Of a DNA stretch of 55,905 nucleotides, positions 20,301-28,699 are shown one piece after another. Every line of letters starts with the position of its first letter. Within the stretch, counting starts at the first letter, position 1. The notes under the pieces were generated by a model that saw only the letters and a list, made by a program, of their open reading frames with translations, had not been told where the DNA came from and made no database searches. The DNA is taken from assembly GCA_009885745.1 (NCBI GenBank), contig VFKC01000017.1, positions 1 through 55,905 on the forward strand, in the 5' to 3' direction. A program made the translations under genes and the position numbers. The stretch comes from Actinomycetota bacterium. Lineage in GTDB: Bacteria; Actinomycetota; Actinomycetes; S36-B12; UBA5976.

Positions 20301-20563
20301 GTTGCAGTGGCAACCTGATTGCGCCATTCAATAGCGGCCTTGCGCCCAAAGGTCAGACCAAGTACCTCATCGGGCGCCAACTTGTCTGGGCCCGTTAGGC
20401 GAGCGGCCATTGCGGCCACTAATGTCGTCGTCTTGCCAGTACCTGGCCCGGCGAGCACGCGCATAGCACCAGCACGGTGGGCAACAACGAGTAGCTGGTC
20501 ACTATCGAGTTCTGGTTTGGCGGGATCTTGCTTAACACTGCGATCAAGAATTAACTTTGTCAT
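17324..20563 (-). CDS. adnA: AdnA helicase-nuclease subunit
   Basis: AGPGTGKT, DEYQD, RecB-type nuclease GRADRIE..DFKTG..QLALY, Fe-S cysteines CPARW and CRKCPVRIMCP. Confidence 0.9.
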   Translation of the reverse strand: MTKLILDRSVKQDPAKPELDSDQLLVVAHRAGAMRVLAGPGTGKTTTLVAAMAARLTGPDKLAPDEVLGLTFGRKAAIEWRNQVATATGGGAVPLVSTFHSFCYALIRKFQDSENYQNATRLLSGPEQQQRARQLFNDAVVDRRIEWPDELEPALNTKGLTEEIRAVMARTRSYLLDPVDLEKLGQESRRATWEAIGSFMNEYLDVLDMEGTLDYGELVHRAVILSHRPDVQKYLQTTFKAIYVDEYQDTDPGQVALLKAMVNSQTSLVVVGDVDQAIYGFRGADESGIRNFPDIFQPIFGTPVTDVVLSTCRRFGSQIREVASAVIGDRVPAGFQKADIERHRKPSCPSTSPGLVDLLTFDSDGAQASHIADLVARAKVQNEYKWSQMAIIVRSAVTTLPAIYRALVAAGVPVEIAADEIPLHLDPAVAPLVTALRVVDNERALTPDVALLLLQGPLAQIDPIDIRRLGQYLRKLDGTREQAARPSAQLICEALADPRKLIDIEPGRHDSTIATITKLGNLLNDVRSKMRKGMGPGVVLWEIWQGTNWPTQLERQAFSFGSASQRANRDLDAICALNDLANRFVSRGRGKDLTNFLAEIEAQEIPAGSLAEHDVRSDSVRLLTAHKSKGLQWKYVVIAGAQEDLWPDLRQRQTLLQADRIGPRRELMATTARELLDEERRLFYVAVTRAMNHLVVTAVDTSAKEDGSVPSRFVQDFKDLLPTENVRHLPGRPSRPLSVDGVIAGLRNELSNSENSLAMRKLAAHQLAILAQQGSDTFRAANPQNWWGIKTVTENSKAPSEPISLSPSTVRAIEKCPARWFLERQVQATSQAETVMVFGNAIHAIAQGLQTKEIPLDMAAIDQKLDRLWPGMGYEAPWESQQMRTEAHVVSGRLFAWLVQQGEVDSVAEAGLAIKTSVNTTNPDGAPRVIQLSVSGRADRIEFQADGVVVYDFKTGRNPMDKKDLPTDIQLALYSYLVKSGNYEDGASQKSLAPETHVKGAALVQLRSSPKDQKDLPVVQFVNAGDHDQDSEVSLEERLASAASIILDETYEARYEEQKCRKCPVRIMCPAVPEGRPVL

Positions 20564-20571
20564 TGGGAACA

Positions 20572-20594
20572 ATTCCACCATGCGCCTGTGACAA
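20572..20594 (-). promoter_or_regulatory. PafBC-type (RecA-independent) DNA-damage promoter of adnAB
   Basis: TTGTCA-cag-gcgcatgg-TGGAAT, 8 nt before adnA ATG; fits the tTGTCRgtg-8nt-TAnnnT spacing with some mismatches. Confidence 0.55.
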
Positions 20595-20710
20595 ATATCG
20601 ACAAACATGCACAAAAGCGATTAAACAACGCAAGAGTTTCGCATTGTTGGACTAAAAACGGCAAAATTGAGATAGTTAAGACTCTGGCTGGCTTAGGTGG
20701 GGATGTATTG

Positions 20711-23092
20711 GTGAGCGATTCGCAAATTGCCATGCCCCTAGTAGTCGAAGACTCCGTCCTAGATCGCCGCTTGCGACGGCCAGCAGACATTGCTCGAGCA
20801 GCCTTTGCTCTACTTGCCATCACTGGTGTTGGGCTATTGGCGTATGTTGCCCACCAAACCACGAGTGGGATTGATCAAGACATATCTATTGGCGCTAATC
20901 GCCTACCTGCTGCGCTTATCTTTTTAGCGAACCTTGTTAGTGGTTTCAGTGTTCTAGTATTTCCAGGATTAGCCTCAATTGACCTTCTGGTTCGCAGACG
21001 GGCACGCCAACTTGTTGAAGCATTTGGTGGCTTGTTCCTGACGGCATTGGTTCTCACCTTGGCCTCATGGTTGTTGGTGCGTTTTGGATCAAACCGGCTA
21101 CTCGTTTCATTTTCAGGTACAACGAATCTTGACAAAGCAAACCCTTTCAATGTTTTACTCGGCGGATTCAGTTCATTCATAACAGTCTCTCGAATGATGT
21201 CTCGAAATCGATGGAATGTTTTATCCACGGTGGTGGTGAGCTCTATCGCATTAGCAAGCGTCATCAGCGGCGGTATCACAGCCGCTGGGCTTGCCGTTTC
21301 TTTGCTATCCGGCTGGTCAGTTGGATTGCTCATTCGTTATTTACTCGGCACCGACACAACTCGACCAGCTGGCAGAGATATCGCACGAACTCTTGTTGCA
21401 CTCGGTCATCCATTGAAAATATTGCGTGCAAGTGAAGTCATCCAATCGGGTCGCCGCTACGATGCCACGACAATTGACGGACAACGTCTCGAACTGATTG
21501 TGCTTGACCGAGACCTTGAGGGTGCTGGACTTGGGGCGGTTCTTTATCGCTCACTTCGCCTACGCGATGATCCTGGTGGCACAGGTACTTCGATGCGAGC
21601 ACGCTTGGAAAGAATGACTCTGAACAGTTGGGCAATTTCAAGTGCTGGTATTTCAACCCCACACTTACTTTCAGTGGCCGAAGTTGGACCTGATGCTGCT
21701 GTCCTTGCCTACGAATACGTGCAAGGTAAGCAATTTGACACAATCCAACATGCTCTCGGCGATGCCGAACTTGCTGGTTGCTGGGAAATTGTGCGCGACC
21801 TTCAAGCTGCCCGCATTGCTCATCGAGCGCTTTCTAGCGAGAACTTTTTGCTTGGCGCAGATGGGCGGGTTTACATAGTCGGCCTTGAAGATGCTGCAAT
21901 CGCGGCATCAGATGTACTGCTGCGAATTGATCTAGCCGAAGCATTAGTGACCTTGTCATTGTTAGCAGATCCAAACCGCGCTATCGCTGCCGGTCGCGCA
22001 ATACTAGGAGACGCTGGATTGGCCAGGGCCTTACCCGCCCTTCAACCAGTTGCGCTCTCATCCAGAACCCGCAAGCAGGTTAAGGCAAACAAAGATCTGC
22101 TGAGCAACCTGCGCGCCAAACTCCTTAAACTCTTACCCGCTGGCGCAACAACTGAGGCAATTGAAATTGAGCGCATTAAACCTCGCACATTGTTAACTAT
22201 CGCCGCCGGAACTATTGCCGGGTACATCCTGTTAACCCAACTTGGGCAAGTGAATTTACCTGAATTAATTCGTGAAACAAATCCAGTCTGGATGCTGGTT
22301 GGTTTTGGTTTCTCCTGTATGACTTATTTCGCGGCAACTATGACTTTAATCGGGGTTGTGCCTGAGCGATTATCTTTTTGGAAAACTCTACAAACTCAAC
22401 TTGCTGCTTCATTTGCGACCCTTGTTGCTCCCCCAACATTGGGATCGGTCGCAATAAACGTTCGGTACCTAAACAAACAGCGCTTACCTAGCTCTCTCGC
22501 GGGTGCCAGTGTTGCAGTAGCTCAAGTTCTTGCATTCTTAAGTCACTTAATTTTGCTGCTGATAATGATTATCGCTGCCGGCACTTCAAAAGATTTCACT
22601 TTCAAACCTTCTCGCACCGCGATTTTAGTTGCTATCTCAATTGCCCTAATTGCCTCAGCACTTTCGACAATTCCAAAAATTCGCACACTCGTTACCGAGC
22701 GAGTGCAACCCTTTATTGGTCAAGTTGTTCCCCGAATTACCTCGCTGGCAAACAATCCTGGGAAATTGGCAACTGGTATCGTTGGAGTTCTCTTGCTCAA
22801 TCTTGCCTACTGCGCTTGTTTAGTTGCTTCGGTGCGAGCGTTCACTTCCGAAGGCTCTATCGCGGCAATCTCACTGGTCTATCTCGCGGGTGCCGTGCTT
22901 GGTCAAGCAGCGCCAACACCAGGTGGACTTGGCGCAGTCGAAGCCGCGATCGCGGCCGGACTAACTGCAAGTGGAATTGACGCCGGTGTTGCCGTTTCTG
23001 CAACTCTTGTCTTTAGGCTTTGGACTTTTTGGATTCCGACGATTCCAGGTTGGTTTGCCTTCCAACGTCTCCAAAAATCCGGCGACCTTTAG
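20711..23092 (+). CDS. Membrane protein with degenerate kinase-like domain and C-terminal lysylphosphatidylglycerol-synthase-TM (flippase-like) domain
   Basis: N-terminal TM bundle, HRALSSEN segment, C-terminal APTPGGLGAVEA and FRLWTFWIP; GTG 20711 after GGTGGGG. Confidence 0.82.
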   Translation: MSDSQIAMPLVVEDSVLDRRLRRPADIARAAFALLAITGVGLLAYVAHQTTSGIDQDISIGANRLPAALIFLANLVSGFSVLVFPGLASIDLLVRRRARQLVEAFGGLFLTALVLTLASWLLVRFGSNRLLVSFSGTTNLDKANPFNVLLGGFSSFITVSRMMSRNRWNVLSTVVVSSIALASVISGGITAAGLAVSLLSGWSVGLLIRYLLGTDTTRPAGRDIARTLVALGHPLKILRASEVIQSGRRYDATTIDGQRLELIVLDRDLEGAGLGAVLYRSLRLRDDPGGTGTSMRARLERMTLNSWAISSAGISTPHLLSVAEVGPDAAVLAYEYVQGKQFDTIQHALGDAELAGCWEIVRDLQAARIAHRALSSENFLLGADGRVYIVGLEDAAIAASDVLLRIDLAEALVTLSLLADPNRAIAAGRAILGDAGLARALPALQPVALSSRTRKQVKANKDLLSNLRAKLLKLLPAGATTEAIEIERIKPRTLLTIAAGTIAGYILLTQLGQVNLPELIRETNPVWMLVGFGFSCMTYFAATMTLIGVVPERLSFWKTLQTQLAASFATLVAPPTLGSVAINVRYLNKQRLPSSLAGASVAVAQVLAFLSHLILLLIMIIAAGTSKDFTFKPSRTAILVAISIALIASALSTIPKIRTLVTERVQPFIGQVVPRITSLANNPGKLATGIVGVLLLNLAYCACLVASVRAFTSEGSIAAISLVYLAGAVLGQAAPTPGGLGAVEAAIAAGLTASGIDAGVAVSATLVFRLWTFWIPTIPGWFAFQRLQKSGDL

Positions 23093-24279
23093 TAGGAAGG
23101 CTTCTCGGGTTCAATCTGGCTGACCCAAGCTAAGACTCCGCCACCAACATGTATCGCATCCTTGAAGCCAGCATTTTTTACCACTGCTAGAACTTCAGCC
23201 GAACGAACACCTGATTTACAATGCAATACAACTTGCTTATCCTGCGGAAGCTTCGTTAAAGCATCGCCCATCAAGAATTCATTTTTTGGAATCAAAATTG
23301 CGCCAGGAATATTTACAATTTCGTATTCACCTGGTTCACGCACATCAATAAGAACAAAATCTCTTTCGCCACGCTCTCGAGCCTGCAACATCTCATTGAG
23401 TTGGCGCACATTGATTGTGGAATCAACAATTGCCTCAACGGCAGCATCGGAGACTGCGCCACAAAATGCTTCGTAATCAATCAAATCGGTAACTGTTGGA
23501 TTGGCTCCACAGATTGCGCAATTCGGATCCTTGCGCATTTTAATTTTGCGGTACGTCATTTCAAGTGCGTCATAAACGATAAGAGATCCAACAAGCGGAT
23601 CGCCTATTCCCGTTAGGACCTTGATTGCTTCAGTTACTTGAATAGAGCCGATTGACGCGCAAAGCACGCCAAGCACGCCACCTTCGGAGCACGATGGAAC
23701 CATGCCGGGCGGAGGTGGCTCTGGGTATAGGCATCGGTAGCAGGGCCCAAATTCGGACCAGAACACACTTGCCTGACCATCAAATCGATAAATCGAACCC
23801 CAGATGTATGGCTTATTTAGCAAGACACAGGCATCGTTTACCAAATAGCGGGTCGCAAAATTGTCAGTGCCATCGACGATTAAGTCGTACTGGGAAAAAA
23901 GTTCCATTACGTTGCTTGAATCAAGTCGCTCTTCATGCAAATTTATTTTTACGTAAGGATTGATCTCGCTAACACTTTCGGCTGCGCTCTGTGCTTTTGA
24001 TCGGCCTACATCGCTTTGACCGTGAATAATCTGGCGCTGCAAATTCGATTCATCAACTGTGTCGAATTCTAGGATGCCCAAAGTGCCAACACCTGCTGCA
24101 GCTAAGTACATAAGAGCGGGGCTACCTAGCCCACCGGCTCCAACACAAAGTACGCGAGCATTTTTCAGGCGCTTCTGCCCAGCCATACCAACCTCAGGAA
24201 TAATTAAATGACGACTGTAGCGACGCACTTCATCCACGGTTAGTTCTAGAGCAGGTTCTACCAAAGGTGGCAGCGACAT
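23089..24279 (-). CDS. moeZ: Adenylyltransferase/sulfurtransferase MoeZ (MoeB + rhodanese)
   Basis: RYSRHL, GAGGLG, SNLQRQ, CYRC, CAIC, rhodanese loop CKSGVRS. Confidence 0.94.
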   Translation of the reverse strand: MSLPPLVEPALELTVDEVRRYSRHLIIPEVGMAGQKRLKNARVLCVGAGGLGSPALMYLAAAGVGTLGILEFDTVDESNLQRQIIHGQSDVGRSKAQSAAESVSEINPYVKINLHEERLDSSNVMELFSQYDLIVDGTDNFATRYLVNDACVLLNKPYIWGSIYRFDGQASVFWSEFGPCYRCLYPEPPPPGMVPSCSEGGVLGVLCASIGSIQVTEAIKVLTGIGDPLVGSLIVYDALEMTYRKIKMRKDPNCAICGANPTVTDLIDYEAFCGAVSDAAVEAIVDSTINVRQLNEMLQARERGERDFVLIDVREPGEYEIVNIPGAILIPKNEFLMGDALTKLPQDKQVVLHCKSGVRSAEVLAVVKNAGFKDAIHVGGGVLAWVSQIEPEKPSY

Positions 24280-24307
24280 AAAAACTCCTAAGTTTCTCTA
24301 CCTCTAT

Positions 24308-24335
24308 CCAACCTTGTTTCCCTGTTTTTTGTTCC
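24308..24335 (-). promoter_or_regulatory. SigH/SigR-type ECF promoter of moeZ
   Basis: GGAAC-N18-GTTGG on minus strand, 28 nt upstream of the ATG. Confidence 0.7.
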
Positions 24336-24416
24336 TGCGGGGTCGCTTTGGCCAACAAAGTTTCACTTTTAGGCATAAAGTTATAGGCACAGGAAAGTAA
24401 ACGAGTGGAGTAAATC

Positions 24417-24641
24417 GTGGAAATTAGAATTGGTATCAAAGATTCAAATCGCGATGTCGCTTTGGAAACAAACGAATCTCACAAAGAAGTTTTGAAGTTA
24501 GTAGAAGCAGCAATTGCCAATTCTTCTTTACTCAATCTCACCGACGACAAAGGTCGCACCGTGTTGGTTCCTGGTGGCGTAATCGCATTTGTTGAAATCG
24601 GATCGCCGACTTCGGGTCGCGTGGGCTTCGCTTCGGCATAA
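24417..24641 (+). CDS. DUF3107 family protein
   Basis: MEIRIGI..RDV, LTDDKGR.VLVP, IAFVEIG..RVGF. Confidence 0.88.
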   Translation: MEIRIGIKDSNRDVALETNESHKEVLKLVEAAIANSSLLNLTDDKGRTVLVPGGVIAFVEIGSPTSGRVGFASA

Positions 24642-24646
24642 CCGAA

Positions 24647-25288
24647 TCAGGATGCCAGACCGAGCGCATCCATTCGGCGAGCATGGCCAACAGTTAGTCG
24701 ATTCACAAAAGCTGTAATTTCATCTGGGCTACCTGCTGCTTGAAAAAACAATTTCTGCAACTCTGGGCGCGCTGAGGCAACAACCGTTGCTTGGCTGATC
24801 ATTTCCCCCATCAAACGACGGCCCCAGAGCGCAAGGCGACCGGCAACTTTAGGATCATTAGCAATCGCGTTCCTAATGCGGCTGACGGCGAATTCAGTTT
24901 GACCCGCATCAGTCAGGATGTGTAGCACAAGCAAAGCGGTTTGCTCGTCTAAGTGTGTTGACATCTCTCGGTAAAAATCGGCGGCAATGCCATCGGCCAC
25001 ATAGACCATCAGCACACGTTCCAACCAATTTTTAGTCGACATGTTGGCATGGAACTGATTTAGTGGTGCAACGAATGGTTCCATCGCTTCATTCGGGTCA
25101 AAGCCAAGTTGAGTAAGTCGGTCACAAACCTGGACAAAGTGGGAATATTCCGTAGCGGCAATACCGGCTAGGACGATATTGTCCCCCAATTCCGGGGCCA
25201 AACGGGCATCGCTGGCGATGCGTTCAAAGGATACGAGCTCGCCATAAGCAAGGGCTCCGAGTAAATCTACAACTGCAAGACTAGTCAC
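24647..25288 (-). CDS. Ferritin-like fold (MiaE_2, Rv3210c-like) protein
   Basis: DLLGALAYGEL..FER, DGIAADFY, RLALWGRRLMGE, H..RM..LGL. Confidence 0.85.
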   Translation of the reverse strand: MTSLAVVDLLGALAYGELVSFERIASDARLAPELGDNIVLAGIAATEYSHFVQVCDRLTQLGFDPNEAMEPFVAPLNQFHANMSTKNWLERVLMVYVADGIAADFYREMSTHLDEQTALLVLHILTDAGQTEFAVSRIRNAIANDPKVAGRLALWGRRLMGEMISQATVVASARPELQKLFFQAAGSPDEITAFVNRLTVGHARRMDALGLAS

Positions 25289-25375
25289 GAAGCCTAAGGC
25301 TAGGCGATAAAGCGGGTACGATGGAAGTCGGCCACCAAAATGTGCGTGTTTGCCGGTTTATTTTCAGGAGTTCTT

Positions 25376-26872
25376 ATCACTACGTTTGCCGAACTCGGCG
25401 TTCCACAAGCAATCTGTTCTGCCTTGGCAGAAAACGGCATTATCGATGCCTTCCCCATTCAAGAGATGACTTTAGGCATTGCAATGGGCGGCCAAGACCT
25501 AATTGGCCAAGCAAAAACTGGTACCGGTAAAACTCTTGGTTTCGGTATTCCCCTTTTAACTCAGCTCATCACCCCACAAAGCGAACAGTGGTCAGAATTT
25601 AAGAATGCGGGAAAACCACAGGCTCTTGTTGTTGTGCCAACTCGTGAATTAGCCATCCAAGTTGCCAGCGACTTAGAAAAAGCCAGCAAGAATATCGGTG
25701 CTCGAGTTTTAAGTCTCTACGGTGGCAAATCTTACGAACCACAAGTTGACGCCCTAAAAAATGGAATTGAAGTTGTCGTTGGAACTCCCGGTCGACTTAT
25801 TGATTTGATGAAGCAAAAATATCTAGATCTTAGTTCCGTCAAAGTTCTCGTGATGGATGAAGCAGACGAAATGCTGGACATGGGTTTCTTACCTGATGTT
25901 GAAACACTTGTTGCCAGCACGCCGGCAAGTCGACAGACCATGCTGTTCTCGGCAACTATGCCTGGCCAGATTGTGGCTTTGGCTCGTCGCTACATGACTC
26001 AGCCAACCCACATCCGTGCAGCAGATCCGCTAAATGACACTTCAATTGTTGATGCAATCGAACAGCATGTTTGGCGAGCACACACTATGGATAAGCCAGA
26101 ACTAGTGGCTCGTGTTCTACAGGCCGAAGGCCGCGGACTAACTATGGTTTTCTGTCGCACCAAACGCGCGGCAAGCAAACTTGCCGATGATTTAATCGCA
26201 CGTGGCTTTGCTGCTGCCCCAGTTCACGGCGACTTAGGTCAAGGCGCGCGCGAGCAAGCATTGCGCGCATTTCGTTCTGGAAAGATTGATGTTTTGGTCG
26301 CCACTGATGTTGCCGCCCGTGGCATTGACGTGGCGGATGTAACTCACGTCATCAACTACGAATGTCCTGATGATGAAAAGACATACGTCCACCGCGTTGG
26401 TCGTACTGGCCGTGCTGGTAACTCTGGGGTAGCAATCACATTGGTTGATTGGCCAGACATGGCACGTTGGCAAATGATTAATCGCGCATTGGGCTTAGCT
26501 TTCAACGATCCAATCGAAACTTATTCGTCGAGTGAGCATGTCTACACCGGGCTTGGCATTTCAAAAGAGGTAACTGGTGCGCTGCCACATGCTCAACAAA
26601 CACGCGAAGGTCTAGGTGGCGAGAACATCGAAGACCTCGGTGAAACTGGCGCTAACAAGGGTCGCCGTTCGCAGACTGCGCAAAAGTCTGGTTCACGCCA
26701 AGGCGGTTCTGGCTCGCGCTCTAGCGGGTCTAGTTCGCGCCAAGGTGGCCGTGGCGAGCGAACATCGGCGCCACGCGCTGCTCAGAGCGAACCTGCTAAA
26801 AAGGAACCACGTACAGAGCCGCGCGCACCTCGCAATCGCACTCGCTCAGGAAGCACTCAAACCGAGAATTAA
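25376..26872 (+). CDS. DEAD-box RNA helicase (RhlE/Rv3211-like)
   Basis: Q motif, AKTGTGKT, PTRELA, TPGR, DEAD, SAT, ARGID, HRVGRTGR; basic low-complexity tail; start either ATC 25376 (after AGGAG) or ATG 25340. Confidence 0.92.
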   Translation: MTTFAELGVPQAICSALAENGIIDAFPIQEMTLGIAMGGQDLIGQAKTGTGKTLGFGIPLLTQLITPQSEQWSEFKNAGKPQALVVVPTRELAIQVASDLEKASKNIGARVLSLYGGKSYEPQVDALKNGIEVVVGTPGRLIDLMKQKYLDLSSVKVLVMDEADEMLDMGFLPDVETLVASTPASRQTMLFSATMPGQIVALARRYMTQPTHIRAADPLNDTSIVDAIEQHVWRAHTMDKPELVARVLQAEGRGLTMVFCRTKRAASKLADDLIARGFAAAPVHGDLGQGAREQALRAFRSGKIDVLVATDVAARGIDVADVTHVINYECPDDEKTYVHRVGRTGRAGNSGVAITLVDWPDMARWQMINRALGLAFNDPIETYSSSEHVYTGLGISKEVTGALPHAQQTREGLGGENIEDLGETGANKGRRSQTAQKSGSRQGGSGSRSSGSSSRQGGRGERTSAPRAAQSEPAKKEPRTEPRAPRNRTRSGSTQTEN

Positions 26873-26905
26873 TTTGTTGGGCTGGTTCATGCATCCCGAC
26901 GGTGA

Positions 26906-27595
26906 CTAGCGCCCTGTTAACTGCAGCCAAGTATCAAATAGTGTCTCTTCTAAGCGAACCGTCACTTCACTGATACTCAAATGATCTAAGTCGCCAGTGT
27001 GAACGTGTGCGCCAATATGTAATTTAATTTTTGGTCTACGAAAAACGCTCGCAAATGACATCAGAATGCTTCGCTTTACTGTTCCATTGCCAAGCTTGCG
27101 GGTGTCGTGGTGAACGATTGGGACCACAGGCATCTTTGCCGCTTTTGCTAATCCAGATGCCCCTGGGCGCCAGGAACGTGGTGATGCTTCGTCATTTATC
27201 TTGACATCACCTTCAGGATAAATAAGAACAACTTCGTTGTTGCGAAGTGCTGCTAGGGCTGCGCGATAAGCAGCTCGTCCGTCATGTTGATCCGTTGGGA
27301 TAATTCCGCTGCCAGTACAAACTTGCTTTGCTACTGGAAAGTCCCACATGTCAGATGTGCCAACAGGCCTAATGTGACGACGGTGTGTGCAGGTGCCAGC
27401 ACAAGGACCATCAGTGGTAAATCCAAGTCGATGTAAGGAACCTATGACGACAATGACATCAACAACTGTCGTGTGGTTAACAACGATTAGCGCTGGGCCC
27501 GGTTGATCAAGGATGTCCAAATTGCTATGACCCGAGATTGATATTCTCGAAACCATCCGTGACATACGCGCCAAAAAAGTCCCAGGTCCAACCAT
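26906..27595 (-). CDS. Lysophospholipid acyltransferase (PlsC-like)
   Basis: NHTTVVD (HX4D) and IYPEG motifs. Confidence 0.78.
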   Translation of the reverse strand: MVGPGTFLARMSRMVSRISISGHSNLDILDQPGPALIVVNHTTVVDVIVVIGSLHRLGFTTDGPCAGTCTHRRHIRPVGTSDMWDFPVAKQVCTGSGIIPTDQHDGRAAYRAALAALRNNEVVLIYPEGDVKINDEASPRSWRPGASGLAKAAKMPVVPIVHHDTRKLGNGTVKRSILMSFASVFRRPKIKLHIGAHVHTGDLDHLSISEVTVRLEETLFDTWLQLTGR

Positions 27596-28560
27596 TATTT
27601 ACCAACCTCAAATTGGTGACCGGAAACCAATCCTGCTGCACGACCTTTGGCGCTGACTACTAAGGCCATCTTTCTTGATGCTTCATCAATCATCTGCGAG
27701 CCCAGCATCACTGCTCCAAGTTGACCGCCTATTTGAGAAGTGTGATATTCGTAAGCCTGAAGAATCAATTCGGCTTGTTCAAATTCCGCTTGAGCGGGTG
27801 AAAAAATCTTATTGACCAAATCAATTTGATCTGGATGTAAAACCCATTTGCCATCAAAGCCCAATGCAGCCGAACGATTCGAGCTGAGCTCGAGCCCGAC
27901 TAAGTCTTTTATCTCGAGGTACGGTCCATCGATTACTTGTTTGCCAAATGCCCGTCCAGCCACAAGCAACTTCATCAAGGCGTAATGGTAAGCATCCCCC
28001 TCGGTGTAACCCAAGGGTTGTGCCCCAACATTGAGGCTTCGCATATTCACACTCGCCATAAAGTCCGCGGGACCGAAAATTATTGTTTGAATTCGATTTG
28101 AACTTGCCGCGATTGCCTCAACATTGATTAGCCCGAGCGCATCTTCTATTTGTACTTCGATTCCGATCTGTCCGAGTTCAACATTTTCGCTTGCTTCCCA
28201 TGTTGCTAAGCGGCGCTCTAGCCAGGAAACATCTTCTACCGTTTGGACTTTAGGTAAAATTATCGAGTCAAGATTGTGCCCCGCACCTGCCAAAATAGTT
28301 TCAATGTCTGCATCACACCATTGAGTGCCGGTGCCATTTATTCGCACACTGCGGATTCGAGAACCATAGCCGCCCTCATTTAATGCTTTGACAATATTTT
28401 CGCGAGCATCTTTTTTGGCTAAAGGCGCCACAGAATCCTCAAGATCAAGGAAAACTTGATCAGAATTTAGCAACTTGGACTTTTCTAACATGCGGGTACT
28501 GCAACCAGGCACAGCCAAAACTGTTCGTCTGGCTCGAGTATTTTGCAGTGACGCATTCAC
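27595..28560 (-). CDS. CitE-like CoA ester lyase (HpcH/HpaI aldolase/citrate lyase family)
   Basis: RRTVLAVPG, LDLEDSVAP, VRING, LPKV, IE, FGPADF, GFDGKWVLHP, MIDEA. Confidence 0.9.
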   Translation of the reverse strand: MNASLQNTRARRTVLAVPGCSTRMLEKSKLLNSDQVFLDLEDSVAPLAKKDARENIVKALNEGGYGSRIRSVRINGTGTQWCDADIETILAGAGHNLDSIILPKVQTVEDVSWLERRLATWEASENVELGQIGIEVQIEDALGLINVEAIAASSNRIQTIIFGPADFMASVNMRSLNVGAQPLGYTEGDAYHYALMKLLVAGRAFGKQVIDGPYLEIKDLVGLELSSNRSAALGFDGKWVLHPDQIDLVNKIFSPAQAEFEQAELILQAYEYHTSQIGGQLGAVMLGSQMIDEASRKMALVVSAKGRAAGLVSGHQFEVGK

Positions 28561-28699
28561 TAGGCGAGTCCCTTTCTATCTGCCAAGAGCCTACTTGAAC
28601 GCGAGAAAATGTCAGATTTGCGCTTATGCGGATTCGCAAAATCAACGTGCAACCACTTTGGAAGACAATAAGTACGCGAAATAACGGTAATCTTCATTT

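Noticed and set aside
10294-20563. Three helicases plus nucleases as an anti-phage defence island
   Set aside because: Motifs and order match housekeeping UvrD2 and AdnAB
26640-26872. SRQGG repeats in the helicase tail
   Set aside because: Low-complexity basic tails are normal for DEAD-box helicases
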